DNA of 64,000 nucleotides from Podarcis muralis (taxonomy: Eukaryota): positions 66,402,001-66,466,000 of the forward strand of contig NC_135657.1 of assembly GCF_964188315.1 (NCBI RefSeq). Reading direction: 5' to 3'. Under the pieces are notes generated by a model. That model made no database searches. It was given only the letters and a program-made list of their open reading frames with translations, and was not told the origin of the DNA. Positions 24,718 through 37,375 of this stretch are shown piece by piece. The position numbers were made by a program, and so were the translations under genes. Within the stretch, counting starts at the first letter, position 1. Every line of letters starts with the position of its first letter.

Positions 24718-26822
24718 TCCTAAGACTAAATTCATTTTCTACCTTTGTTAGCAATGAGTTGCCCTGAACTACTCTTTTAGCTTGAACAATATTGTTCACA
24801 TTTTCATCTGTTGTTGCAAGCATAGCCTAAATCCCTCCTCCCTTTGATCCAATTCTAGTTTTCTGCAGTATTAGATTTAGCATTCCATTTTATGAACAAT
24901 TTCTGGAAATATCTAGGATAATCCCATACTCACATGTTTTTCTTCAATTTGACATTAGTTTCAGTAAAGCCATCTTCTTACAATGCAAGACAGGAAATTT
25001 GAACATTGTCAGCATGTTTTCATATGCTTAGACACATCTTTTGCCATTGAAAGGAAATTGTGTTCTCTTGTGTATTCAGAAATGCATGGTCTCAGAGGAC
25101 CTTATGTTATGACCTCACATGGGCCACCTTCTGTGTGCTACCTGGCCCACAGTTATCTTTTTCACTACCCATGGCCAGTTAAATTGTGTCCCATGAAACT
25201 CTGGAAGCCCAGATCTCTGCAACAAGCACAATTCTGGGTGTCTTTTTTTTTTTTTTTTAAGTATTTCGAGAAATTCAGTGACAGTTCTTTGATTGCAAGG
25301 AGATTGTTGCCTTTCCCTCGGCACAATTTGCTAAGCAAATCCTATTGCATTGGCTGGTACAATCAGTGGTGGCTAGTGCCATTGGGACTGGTGGGGTGGG
25401 AGGCTGGGAGGCCAACAGTAGATGGCGCCAGAGCCAATGACAGGCAGAGCCAACTAATTCTGGTTTTGTCCCTGCCCTCCTCCCTAAGGAGGAAGAATCC
25501 AAGGCCACTCCCTGTACTGGAGGTAATAAATAAGAAAGTGGGCACGTAGAGGCTGACTGAGGGCAGACTAAGACTGGTTGGGTAGTGCCTCACTTGCCCT
25601 AATGGACTAGTCTCTGCCAATTGTAATACAAACCTCTTTCAGCTCTGTTGAATCTGAACGAGCGCTTTTGCTGCCCAACACCTCAAATTTAAGGACTCCA
25701 GTTGAAACAGTTTTGTGAATTATAGCTTTGTGACCTTGCTGGAGGCTCTTACCGGTCTCCTGAAATCCATTTCCCTATCTTTAAAATATGCACAGTAATA
25801 TTTAATTAACTTCCTCACACTGATATTTTGAGATTAATGAGTTAAGATCTGCGTACCACTTTGAAGTTGCAAAATGTTATATAAGTAGGGGGCATTTGTT
25901 ATCTGGATGTTTTTAAATTCAGCAATTAAAAGTACTGATTATTCTTTCCCGTGTTCGGAGCATTAAAAGTGGGGAAGAAGCAATATGTCATCACGCATGC
26001 AAGCCAGGAATAAAATTAAACAATATACTAGAGAATAAAACCAAGCCACTGTTTCTGCAGTGCTGTTCTCTACATGACTTTGTACTTGTAAGTCAGTTCA
26101 GAAGCTGTCTCAGGAATCACGACTGAAAATGCAGTGGTCCCAGGACTGGTGATTTCTTACTCTTTCCCCCTTGATCACCTATTCATTTTCTAGGAAAAAG
26201 AGGGGGGGAAGTATTTGCACTTTTTAATGTAAGTAAACAGCTCGCCATAAAATAATAATTACTGCAAGATGAAAATAAAACCCACAAAATGTATTGTTAT
26301 GAGTTTGGGCGGAGGGGGGGGGCGCTGTGTGCCCGAAAAACACTTTTAATTCCGGGATCCAGAATGGATTCCATTGCTGGAATAGCCAGGCCAGTCTGGT
26401 AATGGCCCACTAAAGATGAGTCTTTAAGCGAACAAAGGGGGTGGCTCTGTGGGAAAATCCCTCCATCCCTCAATTGTCTGTTAGAAAGACAAAAGGCCAG
26501 AGTTGAGTGGTCTGAGCTAGAAGCTGGATGCAAAAGCTGCAGGCTGCAAAGGCAGAGAGAGTGAGCCAAGGCTGGTTTCTGCTGGAATCCTGGGTCAGTG
26601 TCTGGTACCACTGGAATCTTGTGCTGCTCAGAGATTGGGGTAGCATGGAGCAGTTTAATAGAATTCACAATATCCTTAAGGGCATCACCAGACTCAGTAT
26701 TTTGCAGGAGGAATTTGAGAACAAATCAGGATGTATAGATTTGGATAACTGGAGTGAATTAAAGCACTCTGCTGCCCTAGTTCAACAATTATTTTTGCTG
26801 TTAGGAAACTGACGGGGAAGTA

Positions 26823-27064
26823 CAGTGGTACCTCAGGTTAAGTACTTAATTCGTTCCGGAGGTCCGTACTTAACCTGAAACTGTTCTTAACCTGAAGCAC
26901 CACTTTAGCTAATGGGGCCTCCTGCTGCTGCCGCACCACCAGAGCACGATTTCTGTTCTCATCCTGAAGCAAAGTTCTTAACTCGAGGTACTAATTCTGG
27001 GTTAGCGGAGTCTGTAACCTGAAGCACATGTAACCTGAAGCGTATGTAACCCGAAGTGCCACTG
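26823..27064. mobile_element. Tc1/mariner (Tigger-like) MITE, family 1
   Basis: CAGTGGTACC TIR (right end slightly diverged) and TA TSD. Confidence 0.9.
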
Positions 27065-27524
27065 TACATTGAAAATGCATTGAAGAATGTGGAACGAACA
27101 AACGTATAAACACCATGCAAGCAAATCAAGATGAATGCTTACGGTCCTATACTGTAACCTCCCATCAAACAAATCAGAGTGAATGCTCAATAAAGCTCAG
27201 GTATGGTCTAACCTCCAAATAAGCTATGTGCAAATAAAATAAGGATAACTTCTCGATAAATGTGTTGTCTATAGGCATTGTCAGAGCTCATCACTTATGC
27301 GTCAGCTAAGTACTCAGAGTGGCAAGTACACACATCGTTATTTCTTCCTGGTTTTGCACATAATGGATTAGAACTTGGCCACCAATCCTCCAATCTAGCT
27401 CACATAATTGTAGAGTTGGAAGGGTCCGAAAAGGTAATCTAGTCCAACACACAAACACCCTGGTAATGTACACAGGAATCACACCTAATCAGTTTTGTCT
27501 GCGTTGACTGACGGTGGCATTCTA

Positions 27525-27630
27525 GAATTTCAGGCAAGCATATTTCCCAGCCTTACCTGGCTGTGTCAGGGACTTAACCGGGGACTCTGCATGCAGTGCA
27601 GATGCTCTCCCACTGAGCCATGGCTACATT
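27525..27630 (-). mobile_element. tRNA-derived SINE fragment (Squam3-like)
   Basis: Reverse complement begins tagccatggctcagtgggagagcatctgcactgcatgcagag. Confidence 0.6.
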
Positions 27631-28256
27631 CATTAGGGACTACACTTCTAACCAGCTGTGCCCTGTGCAGATCTTACAAATGAGACACACATTAAAGCCA
27701 CATGTAAAAGAGATTAATGTGTTCCGCAAGGTGGCAGCCTAGATAAGCCCCGTATTTTAGAACGTGAAAAATCAGTCAGTTTGCTTAAACCAACACAATT
27801 TAAGTATTCCCTTGAAAACGACTTACTGCCTTGATCAGTGATAGAGCAAGGTAATTTTAGACTTTGGTCTTAATGCTTCCTTTTAGGTGGTCATGTGTTT
27901 TACTTAGGTTGTGAAGCACCCAGTTAATATTTCTCTTCTCTCCCCATAATCCCGCAACCATTCCATAGTTTACAACTGCTGCTGAATTCCTGATTCTTAG
28001 AGTGAAACACAAAGAAAACACAGTTTGCCAACAATGAATTTTAAGAATAATACTCTATGCATGTGTGGTTTTGAATTTTAAACCATAATAGAGTTTGATT
28101 CTGGTGTCTTGATATTAAGCACATGTACTTGGGGGTGAGCTTAATGTTGTTGTAGAAAAGAATTACCGTATTTTTCCATGTATAAGACTAGGTTTTCCCC
28201 CCTAAAAAATAATGTCCAAAATTTGGGAGTGTCTTATAATGGAAAAAAAAAAAACA

Positions 28257-28308
<52 letters not shown>

Positions 28309-29776
28309 CTCCATATATATTGTTGTTATTCTGTCTCTCACAGCTACAATAAACCTACGATTAAAATTATGGACTGGTCATTTCTTCGTCAGAGGGCAAA
28401 CGGGCAAATTTAGCAGGGGATCAAATACTTTCCCCCCCTCACTCTGTGTCTGTGTGAAAGTAAAATGCGGACATATAGGAACCTTCCTATATTGAGTGAA
28501 ATCACTGGTCCATCTAGCACAGAATCTGCACTAGGGGTGAGGCATCTATAGCTGTGGGCATACCAGGAGGTCCAATTTGGCCTGTGAAGCCATTTCCCCC
28601 AAACCACACATCTGCTCTGTGCCCTGTTCCCAGCATTGGAGGATCAGAGCAAGTCTTCAAGTCTTCTCAAAAGCACATCTCTTCAGCATCCTCTGTGAGT
28701 GAGAGAGCAAGCAGCAGCAGCAGCAGCATCCTCTGCCAACACCCTACACTTATAGTTTGTTTAAAGCATGTGGCTTCCTCCAAAGAATCCTGGGAGCAAT
28801 AATTTATCTCACCGAACTTTGATTCCCAGCACCTTTAACAAACGACAGGTCCCAGGATTCTTTGGGGGAAGTCCTGCACTTTTAGATGTCTGGTGTGTAT
28901 GTATATAACCAACAGCACTCACAGCCTGGCTACTGGAAATGGAATGATACATGATCAGCTGGAAATAGCAAGTATATTGCAAACTGGGATACTATAAAGC
29001 TACACTCATACTTTGTATTTAATAACAGCTTTATGTAACATAAACTGCTCTACAACAGGAAGACCTTCCTGCTTTGTTATTGCCGTTAAGACTTTTTTCA
29101 GAAAATATGAGGGAGCATTAGAAACATAAGACTGAAATGCTCCCGCACTGAACATAAACTGAAATTTCATCCTTCGGTAATGATTGCAAACTGCAGTAAG
29201 AAGGAAATCTCTCTGCCTTGTGTGCATGTGTTTGGTGCTGGAGGAGTGAAATGAAAAAAGGTCATCAAGATCAAATAAGAAAAGGAAGAAGAATAAACAG
29301 GACTCTATAAAAATTAAATAGCCTTGTAAGTCAGCATATGAAGCTACTGAATTCTTTGGTTTTGCTGCTCTCTCCGTTATGTAAAATTTGCCTTTGCCAC
29401 TGGGCAAATAATATTGCACTGATGGATGTATAAATCTTCCCTTGATATTACTTCAAGATGGGAGGGTTGGAGGGGAAATCATTACATGTTTGATGACAGT
29501 TGCAATATCAAACTGATTTAGACGACACTCTAGTTCTTGCACCATAAAGCAAGAATGATAAAAGGAGATCAATAAAACTGTGCTTACATCTATCAAACAA
29601 AAGGAAATAAAATGCGGGCATGAAAGAAATATTGGAAGGAAAACCGAAACTGAGTAGCATAGCACAGTCAGAGTATATATATATATATATATGCTTTCGT
29701 AGATTTTCACGGGTACAGGAATGCAGGTTTTGGTGTCCTCGGGTATCTTCCCGTGTAAAAGTTGGGGTGTCTAGGC

Positions 29777-29810
29777 GACGTTTCGACGAGGTCTCACTCG
29801 TCATCTTCAG
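29777..29810 (-). ncRNA. Minimal type I hammerhead ribozyme motif (A1)
   Basis: CUGAAGA-U-GACGAG(UGAGAC)CUCGUC-GAAACGUC on the minus strand. Confidence 0.75.
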
Positions 29811-29861
29811 GCTGGTGCTTTCGGCTTCTTGTTCCAGTAACAAGAAGCCGAAAGCACCAGC

Positions 29862-29897
29862 CTGAAGATGACGAGTGAGACCTCGTCGAAAAACGTT
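29862..29897 (+). ncRNA. Mutated hammerhead motif (A2)
   Basis: Same core but GAAAAACGUU: a 2-nt A insertion plus C17>U. Probably impaired. Confidence 0.55.
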
Positions 29898-30046
29898 GCC
29901 TAGACACCCCAACTTTTACACGGGAAGATACCCGAGGACACCAAAACCTGCATTCCTGTACCCGTGAAAATCTACGAAAGCAAATATCTCACCTCTACGG
30001 GGAGGAAACCTTCCAGTTCCAGTAACAAGAAGCCGAAAGCACCAGC

Positions 30047-30080
30047 CTGAAGATGACGAGTGAGACCTCGTCGAAACGTC
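30047..30080 (+). ncRNA. Minimal type I hammerhead ribozyme motif (A3)
   Basis: Intact 34-nt core identical to A1, A4, B1 and B2. Confidence 0.75.
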
Positions 30081-30131
30081 GCCTAGACACCCCAACTTTT
30101 ACACGGGAAGATACCCGAGGACACCAAAACC

Positions 30132-30178
<47 letters not shown>

Positions 30179-30722
30179 CCCTCCCCACAAAATCTGACAC
30201 CAGATCCAGAGGCACACAGAACGCCATCACCAATCAACCACACCAGACCCAAACCCAGACCCTCTCCACAGATGAATTACAGATACCATCCAGTAGCCAA
30301 ACCATGGTGGCACCTCCGGATGCTGCACCCCCCTGCAATCCCTACACAGATCTGGCTGGCACAGGCCACAAAACCACAGCTCGCCCCTATACACGAAGCC
30401 AAGCCAGAGCACAACCAAATGCAGTACAGCCATCTTCTCAAAAAAACTCTTCACAAAGTTCAAGAGTTCAAGACACAAAGGCTTGAGCAACTAATCCACA
30501 CCTAATGACCCACCTAAGTGGGATTCAGGATATCGCTCAAGAAATCACTCAAGATATCCCTCAAGTAATTAAGGAACAAAAGAAGAAAAGGCACACTAGC
30601 CTGGGAACCTCCTCTCTGCCCAAAACATTGGAGGCTATACACCACACCTTCAACAGTATTTATAGGAACTCAAACACTGAGATCCTGCTCTGTTCCAGTA
30701 ACAAGAAGCCGAAAACACCAGC

Positions 30723-30756
30723 CTGAAGATGACGAGTGAGACCTCGTCGAAACGTC
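30723..30756 (+). ncRNA. Minimal type I hammerhead ribozyme motif (A4)
   Basis: Intact 34-nt core. Confidence 0.75.
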
Positions 30757-30810
30757 GCCTAGACACCCCAACTTTTACACGGGAAGACACCCGAGGACAC
30801 CAAAACCTGC

Positions 30811-30873
<63 letters not shown>

Positions 30874-32608
30874 CTTCCACCATGTGCATTATTTCCGCAG
30901 CAAGCAAAACAGCCTGCTAATGAAGATATGACACCTTATAAGCCATATTCACAGATGAAGGGATCCCACCTTTCTAAGCACAATTTCATGCCTCTTTGGA
31001 AACACCCCTAAAAAGGCACAAAGATGACAGATTTGCAAGGCAAGATATACCTCCTACTTTAAACCTCTTCAACTCCCGTCAACTCCTTTTGCTACAGCTT
31101 GTGTGAGGTCATGCCTTGGCAGAAACCAGGCCAAAATGGATACTGAATAGAATGATAACTTTATTACTGAGATTGAGGGAGAATTACAGCAATTACCTAG
31201 TTGGCTGCCTGGTTCTGGAAACGGAATCGCCCGTTGCTGGAAGAGCAACTTTGTTAAATTACGAGTTTACATTACGCCAAACAAAATATGTCACAGGGAC
31301 ATAAGAGGAGCTCAGATGAGTCAGGTCAATCACAGGACTACCACTATCCTGTTTCCCACGGGGGCCAACTTGAGATCTGTGGGAAGCAAACAGGCAGGAG
31401 CTTTCCATAGCTAACTGTGCCTAGTTCAAGCTACAGTTCCCAGGATTCTTTGGGCCAGCCATGACTGCAAAAGTGGCTCCAAAAGGTCTTTAGATGTATG
31501 GTATGGATGTCATCCGTGTTCTGGTCCTTCCTGAATGTTCCTAGCCACCCAGATGCCTCAGTCCTTGATGGCGTGTTGCGTCTCCTTGCCTTAGTAGATG
31601 TAACAGCTTCCTTTCATAAGCACTGAGGAGTGTGAATCCATCATCAATATTAAAAGTCATACTCAAAGATAGACTATGCAGCTCAGAAATAATATTCTGT
31701 GAGAATGCTACCTAAAAAAATTGAAAAAAGGTTATGATTTATTGATACAATATGGGATGTCATGGGTTTTATAACAGGAGCTGGATATAATAGGATGATT
31801 AAGGAGCCTGCAACAGAGCAAATGCTTAGTTTATCCAGAATAACTAGAAACACACAGTTATTTTGTATTCTCATTATATGGTGACTACTTCTCAGCTTTT
31901 CTTGCTAGGTATAATCATGTCTATTTGACCAGAAATGATTCTTAATTTCATTATACCTAGCCTACACATTTCCCATAACATAACTATAGCTGTTTCTTCC
32001 CTGCGAGGTTTTGGCGCTATCTAGCATGAAAACAATAAATCCTTTTCTATCAGCTACTGATTTGCCAAACATTTGGCTGGACAGATTAAAGTTTATGCTA
32101 TATAACCAGATGGCCCTATAGCTGTGAGTTTTCTCCTGGGCAAATTCAGCTGTCACAACTGAGCATCTGCACAAAGCCACGAGGGATTGATGTACTTTTC
32201 ATTCATTTCACTGGGACAGACATCATTAGCATTCAGAGAAGGAGGCATCAGACCAGAGAATTAGTCCTAGCCTGTGTTAACATGCCGCCTTGTCAATCAT
32301 GTACCAATCATTAAACATACTGTCTGCCAAGCTGGATTTAGAAGAACTGCGATACTGTACTGAAGAGGGTGGCTTGAGTATTTGTGTCTTGTCCAATCAT
32401 CCTCAGTGCAGTAACATAATTAGATCTTTTTCTGCCTTCATTGATGGTCCAGTTGGACTTTCTTGAGCATCCAGGTTTGTTTTAAGGGGGGTGGGGGTGA
32501 GGATCCAGGAAATTAAAGACCAGCTAGCTTAATGTCTGTTCTGGGTAAATTGATGCAAAGTATTATTAAAGATAATATTATTTTAATAATATTATTATTA
32601 AAGATACT

Positions 32609-32962
32609 GGGACACGGGTGGCACTGTGGGTTAAACCACAGAGCCTAGGACTTGCCGATCAGAAGGTCGGCGGTTCAAATCCCCGCAATGGGGTGAGCTC
32701 CCGTTGCTCGGTCCCTGCTCCTGCCAACCCAGCAGTTCGAAAGCACGTCAAAGTGCAAGTAGATAAATAGGTATCGCTCTGGCGGGAAGGTAAACGGTGT
32801 TTCCATGCACTGCTCTGGTTCGCCAGAAGCAGTTTAGTCATGCTGGCCACATGACCTGGAAGCTGTACGCCGGTTCCCTTGGCCAATAAAGCAAGATGAG
32901 CGCCGCAACCCCAGAGTCAGTCACGACTGGACCTAATGGTCAGGGGTCCCTTTACCTTTACC
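32609..32962 (+). mobile_element. Sauria SINE
   Basis: tRNA-like head gggacacgggtggcactgtggg, (ACCTTT)n tail, and 14-bp TSD TATTATTAAAGATA (32593-32606 and 32963-32976). Confidence 0.93.
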
Positions 32963-33369
32963 TATTATTAAAGATATAACTATCAAGTATATGGAAGTAC
33001 AAATATTGCTGAAGAAGAATCAATATGGCTTCTGCAAAAGTAAGTCCTGTCTCCTTTCCTTTCAGAGTTCTTTGGGAGTGTTCACCTGACTTTTCAGAAG
33101 ACATTTGGCAAAGTCACTTGCTAAGGACTCCTGAACTTCTGAACTTGGCCATCATGTCATAGAGAGAGGACATCTTAACAATAACAAAACTAAATAATGA
33201 AGCAGATCTATTGTGCTCATGCCCTACTTCTGGACTTCCATAGGCATCTGGCTGGCTACCAAAAGAACAGGATTCTGGACTAGATAAGCCTTTGGTCCGA
33301 TCCATAAGGGAATCAGAGAGTACCAATAAATGGATAGCTCTTGCTATGGAGGAATGTAAATAGTAGTGT

Positions 33370-33790
33370 ACCCTACGGATCTGCATTGGGACTGGTGCTT
33401 TGTAACTTGTTCATAAATGATCTAGAGCTGGGGTAAGCAGTGAGGTGTCCAAGTTTGCTGATGGAACCAAATTGTTTAGGGTGGTTATAACAAGAAGGGA
33501 TAGCAAAGAGCTCAAAAAGGATATCTCCAAATGAGCAGTAAATTGTAATGCAGTTCAGTGGAAGCAAGTGTAAACTTATGCACATCGGAGCAAAAGAATA
33601 TCAACTTCACATATACACTGCTGACGTCTGAGCTGACAATGAATGACCAGGGAAGGAATCTTAAAGTTGTGGAGGATAGCTCAATGAAAATTTTGACCCG
33701 GTGTGTAGCTACTGTGAAAAAGGCGAATTATCACTTGCAAAGCGATTGAAAACAAATCTGGCGGTAACATACTGCTTTTATATTTCTGTG
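33370..33790 (+). mobile_element. Decayed CR1 LINE reverse-transcriptase fragment
   Basis: Frameshifted remnants of GSxLGxxLxNLFINDLELG...SKFADxTKLFR. Confidence 0.8.
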
Positions 33791-34189
33791 TTTCTATGGG
33801 CAAATCTGATTGTGTTTGGGGGGGTTTGCATGTATCAGCATCATACATTTAAAGCTCATGCAACACACATTTGAAGCATGTGTCTTTGGAATTCTAAGAA
33901 CTGTAGTTTTAAGTATGCTGAGAAAGGGTCTCCATGAGGGGAAAACCATGGGGGGGGGGGGAGCCACATGCTTTAAATGTGTATTAGAGGTACTTGAAAT
34001 GTATCTATGTTTTTATTATTATTTTAATAAGACTTCTGATTTTTAACTCAACAGAAAAAGCATGGAAGTTGTGGCCAGAAAATCACAAAACACCAACAAA
34101 TTCTGATTATTATGTAAAATAGATTCCACTTAGCAAAGTGACATTTAGATAGTAGGAGCTGTATATTGCTGATTCTCTTTTTGACTTTC

Positions 34190-34248
34190 TCCTTCCTTCC
34201 TTCCTTCCTTCCTTCCTTCCTTCCTTCCTTCCTTCCTTCCTTCCTTCC
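34190..34248. repeat. (TTCC)n microsatellite
   Basis: Direct reading. Confidence 0.95.
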
Positions 34249-35109
34249 AAGTTGCTTTAGTCCTGGGGCAGAAAGGTCAGTACTTTTGAAACAGAAAAAT
34301 GGGAACCGTCAATGAAGTTTTAGCGCCAGTTCCCTTCAGGATTCTTCACCTTGAAAACCATCATCTGTCTTCACAGTGATGATGCTGTGAAGTCAAATGG
34401 TTGATGAGGAAAACTGTGGAACTAGCACATGCTTTGTGAAGCCTGCATAACTAGTGCCCTATTGCTGTCACTGGAGCGCCTCAAAAGAAGTGTCTTCTCC
34501 TAAATTGTGTCCATTCAGACATGCCTAATGATGTAACATGTGGGAAGAATTTGTGTCAGAATGAAATTCCTCTAGAAGAAGAACAGCAAAAAAATCGGCA
34601 GTTGTAAGTAACAGCATAGATGTGATAAAGGTTATTACAAAACATATTATACCATTAAAAATACTGCCACATTTAGATTTAGGTTTCCAGAGAAATTAGG
34701 AGAATTAAGTTATTTCTCTCAGTTTAATTCCCAGATTGGTGCACTTCCAATGGCCCCTTAGTGCTCTCTACTGGACTCTCTGTGGAATATTTCTTACACA
34801 TGAATTCCTCCCCCCCCCCCATTTTTTATTTGAATATTCGTTACAGAATCGTACAAGCAAAACATAAAAGAGGGAGTGGTTATAACTGCATGAAAACTAG
34901 ACTTCAGGGGCAAAATGAATAAATAGGTAAAGGACATTAGAGAAAAATAAGAAAAGGGGTGGAGGGAGAAGGCAGACTTAAAACAAACCATGGCTCCCAA
35001 TACAGCATGAAACATAACCTGGCAATGGAGTCATTGACACGTGGAAGTTCCCTTAATGCAGGAACAGGGAACCTGTGGTCCTCCAGGCATTGTCATATTG
35101 CAATCCCCA

Positions 35110-35596
35110 ATCTATGGTAGTGAAGAACCTTGATCTATTTTGACATATTATTTGATATTACCAGCTGAAGAAGGCGTTCACTCCGAAACAGGGCCCTGTC
35201 CTGGTCACCACTACTGAGTCGTACATCTGATTCACACTCCGGATACTCCTTTTGGCCCTATTTGATTCTTTATTCTTTATTCTGATTTTATATAATATGG
35301 ACTCTTTTTGACTGCCATTGAGACTTGTATAAAACAATTGTTGTGTACTGGTATTTTATGTACCTTTATACTATATCACTGCATATTTGAAACTACATTA
35401 TTTCTGCACTTAAACGTTGTATCTAAATTTACTATTACCTTAAAACTATCGTACTTACACGTTGTGTTTAAATTTACTATTAGCTTCAAACTGTTATTCT
35501 TAGCAGAATATACACGTTTTTCTTTTCAACTCTCGAGTAGGAATTATTCCTTATATTGAAACTTGTGGCCAGAGCTCTTAGTATATGCTTTTCAGT
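35110..35596 (+). mobile_element. Unclassified 487-bp retro-insertion carrying a hammerhead motif, inserted into a short palindromic MITE
   Basis: 15-bp direct repeat ATATTGCAATCCCCA at 35095-35109 and 35597-35611. Removing the insert restores the common ~130-bp MITE seen elsewhere in the window. Confidence 0.7.
35160..35205 (+). ncRNA. Type I hammerhead ribozyme motif, second family
   Basis: ACCAG-CUGAAGA-A-GG(cguucacu)CC-GAAA-CAGGGCCCUGUC-CUGGU: 5-bp stem I, complete catalytic core, palindromic stem III. Confidence 0.75.
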
Positions 35597-37375
35597 ATAT
35601 TGCAATCCCCATCATCCCCAGTCACCATAGCTCATGCTCAGGGGTGATAAGCATTTTAATCCAGCAATATCTGGAAGGCCAGTTTCTCCATCCATGCCTT
35701 TATGAAACTGTATTTACGAATGTTCACAGAAGTAACAAAGGTTGTTTCCAGGCAACCTGTTATAATGATCATTCAACTTTATTGGTTTATGGAGTTTAGG
35801 CAACACTGGCTATTTAAAACAAATCCATCCTGATTTGTTTGGGGGATATTAAACAATGTTACACCAAGCAAGTTTTATCCCCCACTTTCCAGTGCATTTG
35901 TTCATCACTTTCCTTATCCCGAAATAATCATTTTGGGGGAGGAGGTTTGTTTCGTAAGGGCTCCAGGACAGCTTTAATTGCCCAGCCTGAACTTGTTGGG
36001 ATGTGACTGAAGCCCACATGAGAATAGTGAGAGTCTGGAAGTGCCCAAAGGCAACCAACCAATAAGTTTTGCAGTTCTCCTAATCTTTCCCCTTATAAAA
36101 TAGGTGCCAAATTTTTGCCTATCATTTATTTTCAATTGGCAAATCCTTAGCACCTCAACTCACTGTCACTTTGCCTGAAATGCAGTGAGCAAAAAGGACA
36201 CAGAGATCTGAATGCAATAGTGGAGTCTTTATAGCAGTCTCACAGTTAAATGGGTCCTCAGGTATCACAGAGAAATTTTGCTAGGAAATGTCTGGGCAAA
36301 ACGGCTAATCCTATGATATGTTACTAAGGCAGAAAATTAAACTTTAAATTCAATTACAATTATGTTCCTGGTAAATGTCTTCCTGCGGCATATGGCTCTT
36401 TCTGCAGCTTGCTGAATTTCCAGTTGTTACTGAAACAAATATTTGAAGCAGCCAGGATAACGTACTGGCACCATGTAGACACATTTTCTTTTCTGTCTTT
36501 TTTTAGTAAGGGGAATTTCAGTTTGTCTTAGCAAATGTGCCCATCAAATGTATTACCTTACCAAATGGAAAGTTGAAATTCAGACACACACACACACACA
36601 CCACACACACAGTATGGGCTATATGAAAATAGCCCATTCAATTGATCAGCCTACCCACTGCAATATGAAATAGTCCCACAGAAAAATGGCTGCCACACAA
36701 CAGTATGAAGGTGCACAAAACATGGTAAAATGAAATAATAGAACGTACACCATGGCAATTTACTATCTTATCCACCCATAGCTGCAGAAAAAAAATATGC
36801 AACAATCAGAAGTCTCTGGACTTTCTCGCTCTTAGGTCTTTCATTCATTTTCTTCTGTTGCTCTTGTAATCATTTGGAATAAGATTATGCATCTAACCCA
36901 ACCCCACTTCTTCAGAGGCATAAAGATCAATTGTTTAAACTTTCTCACATACTGTGGTGTCATGGCACCCCAGCTGCACCCTGCACCCAGGACCATGAAG
37001 GGAAGGGAGATCTGGCCAAAATAATGTGTTCTTCTCTACTTTGCCTTCCCTTACAATGGGCTGTCCACAGCCACCAGGTCAAAAGTCTGCTTTTCCCTGG
37101 CTACCTTAACCTTCCTTCCCTTTAGCTAGAATGGTGTTTGTTGGGTGGTTTAAAATGCAGGGTGGTTTAAAATAATGGAGACCACAAGGTTTTATGAATC
37201 ATGATTAAATGTTTACTAAAACGGTAAGTTGTTCTTAGAAGGGGAGGAGGCTTAAGCAGATGAGTGGTTATGTGCATACAAAGCAATTCCCAAAATGAGC
37301 GGAAATACAGAAATCAACGTAGGAATAAACACATCTGGTTAGCCCATAATTAGACAGTCCCTAACATTTAAAGAC

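Larger units (their letters stand above)
29692..30811. mobile_element. Penelope-like retroelement terminal (pLTR) array, locus A: one inverted and three direct terminal units plus a 5'-truncated 3' region
   Basis: Units share about 97% identity by eye with locus B, which carries a GIY-YIG remnant. Layout: minus unit 29692-29833, plus unit 29839-29987, plus unit 30016-30135, (TA)n, plus copy 30176-30811. Embedded in (TA)n/(CA)n. Confidence 0.85.

Noticed and set aside
29988-30015. 28-nt spacer with a CCTC/GAGG hairpin followed by AAAC between pLTR units
   Set aside because: Lacks CUGANGA; treated as filler or captured sequence rather than a ribozyme.
29692-30811. Recurrent identical 30-40 nt repeats suggesting a CRISPR array
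   Set aside because: Vertebrate DNA; the repeats are parts of longer retroelement termini in mixed orientation, with no regular spacers and no cas genes.
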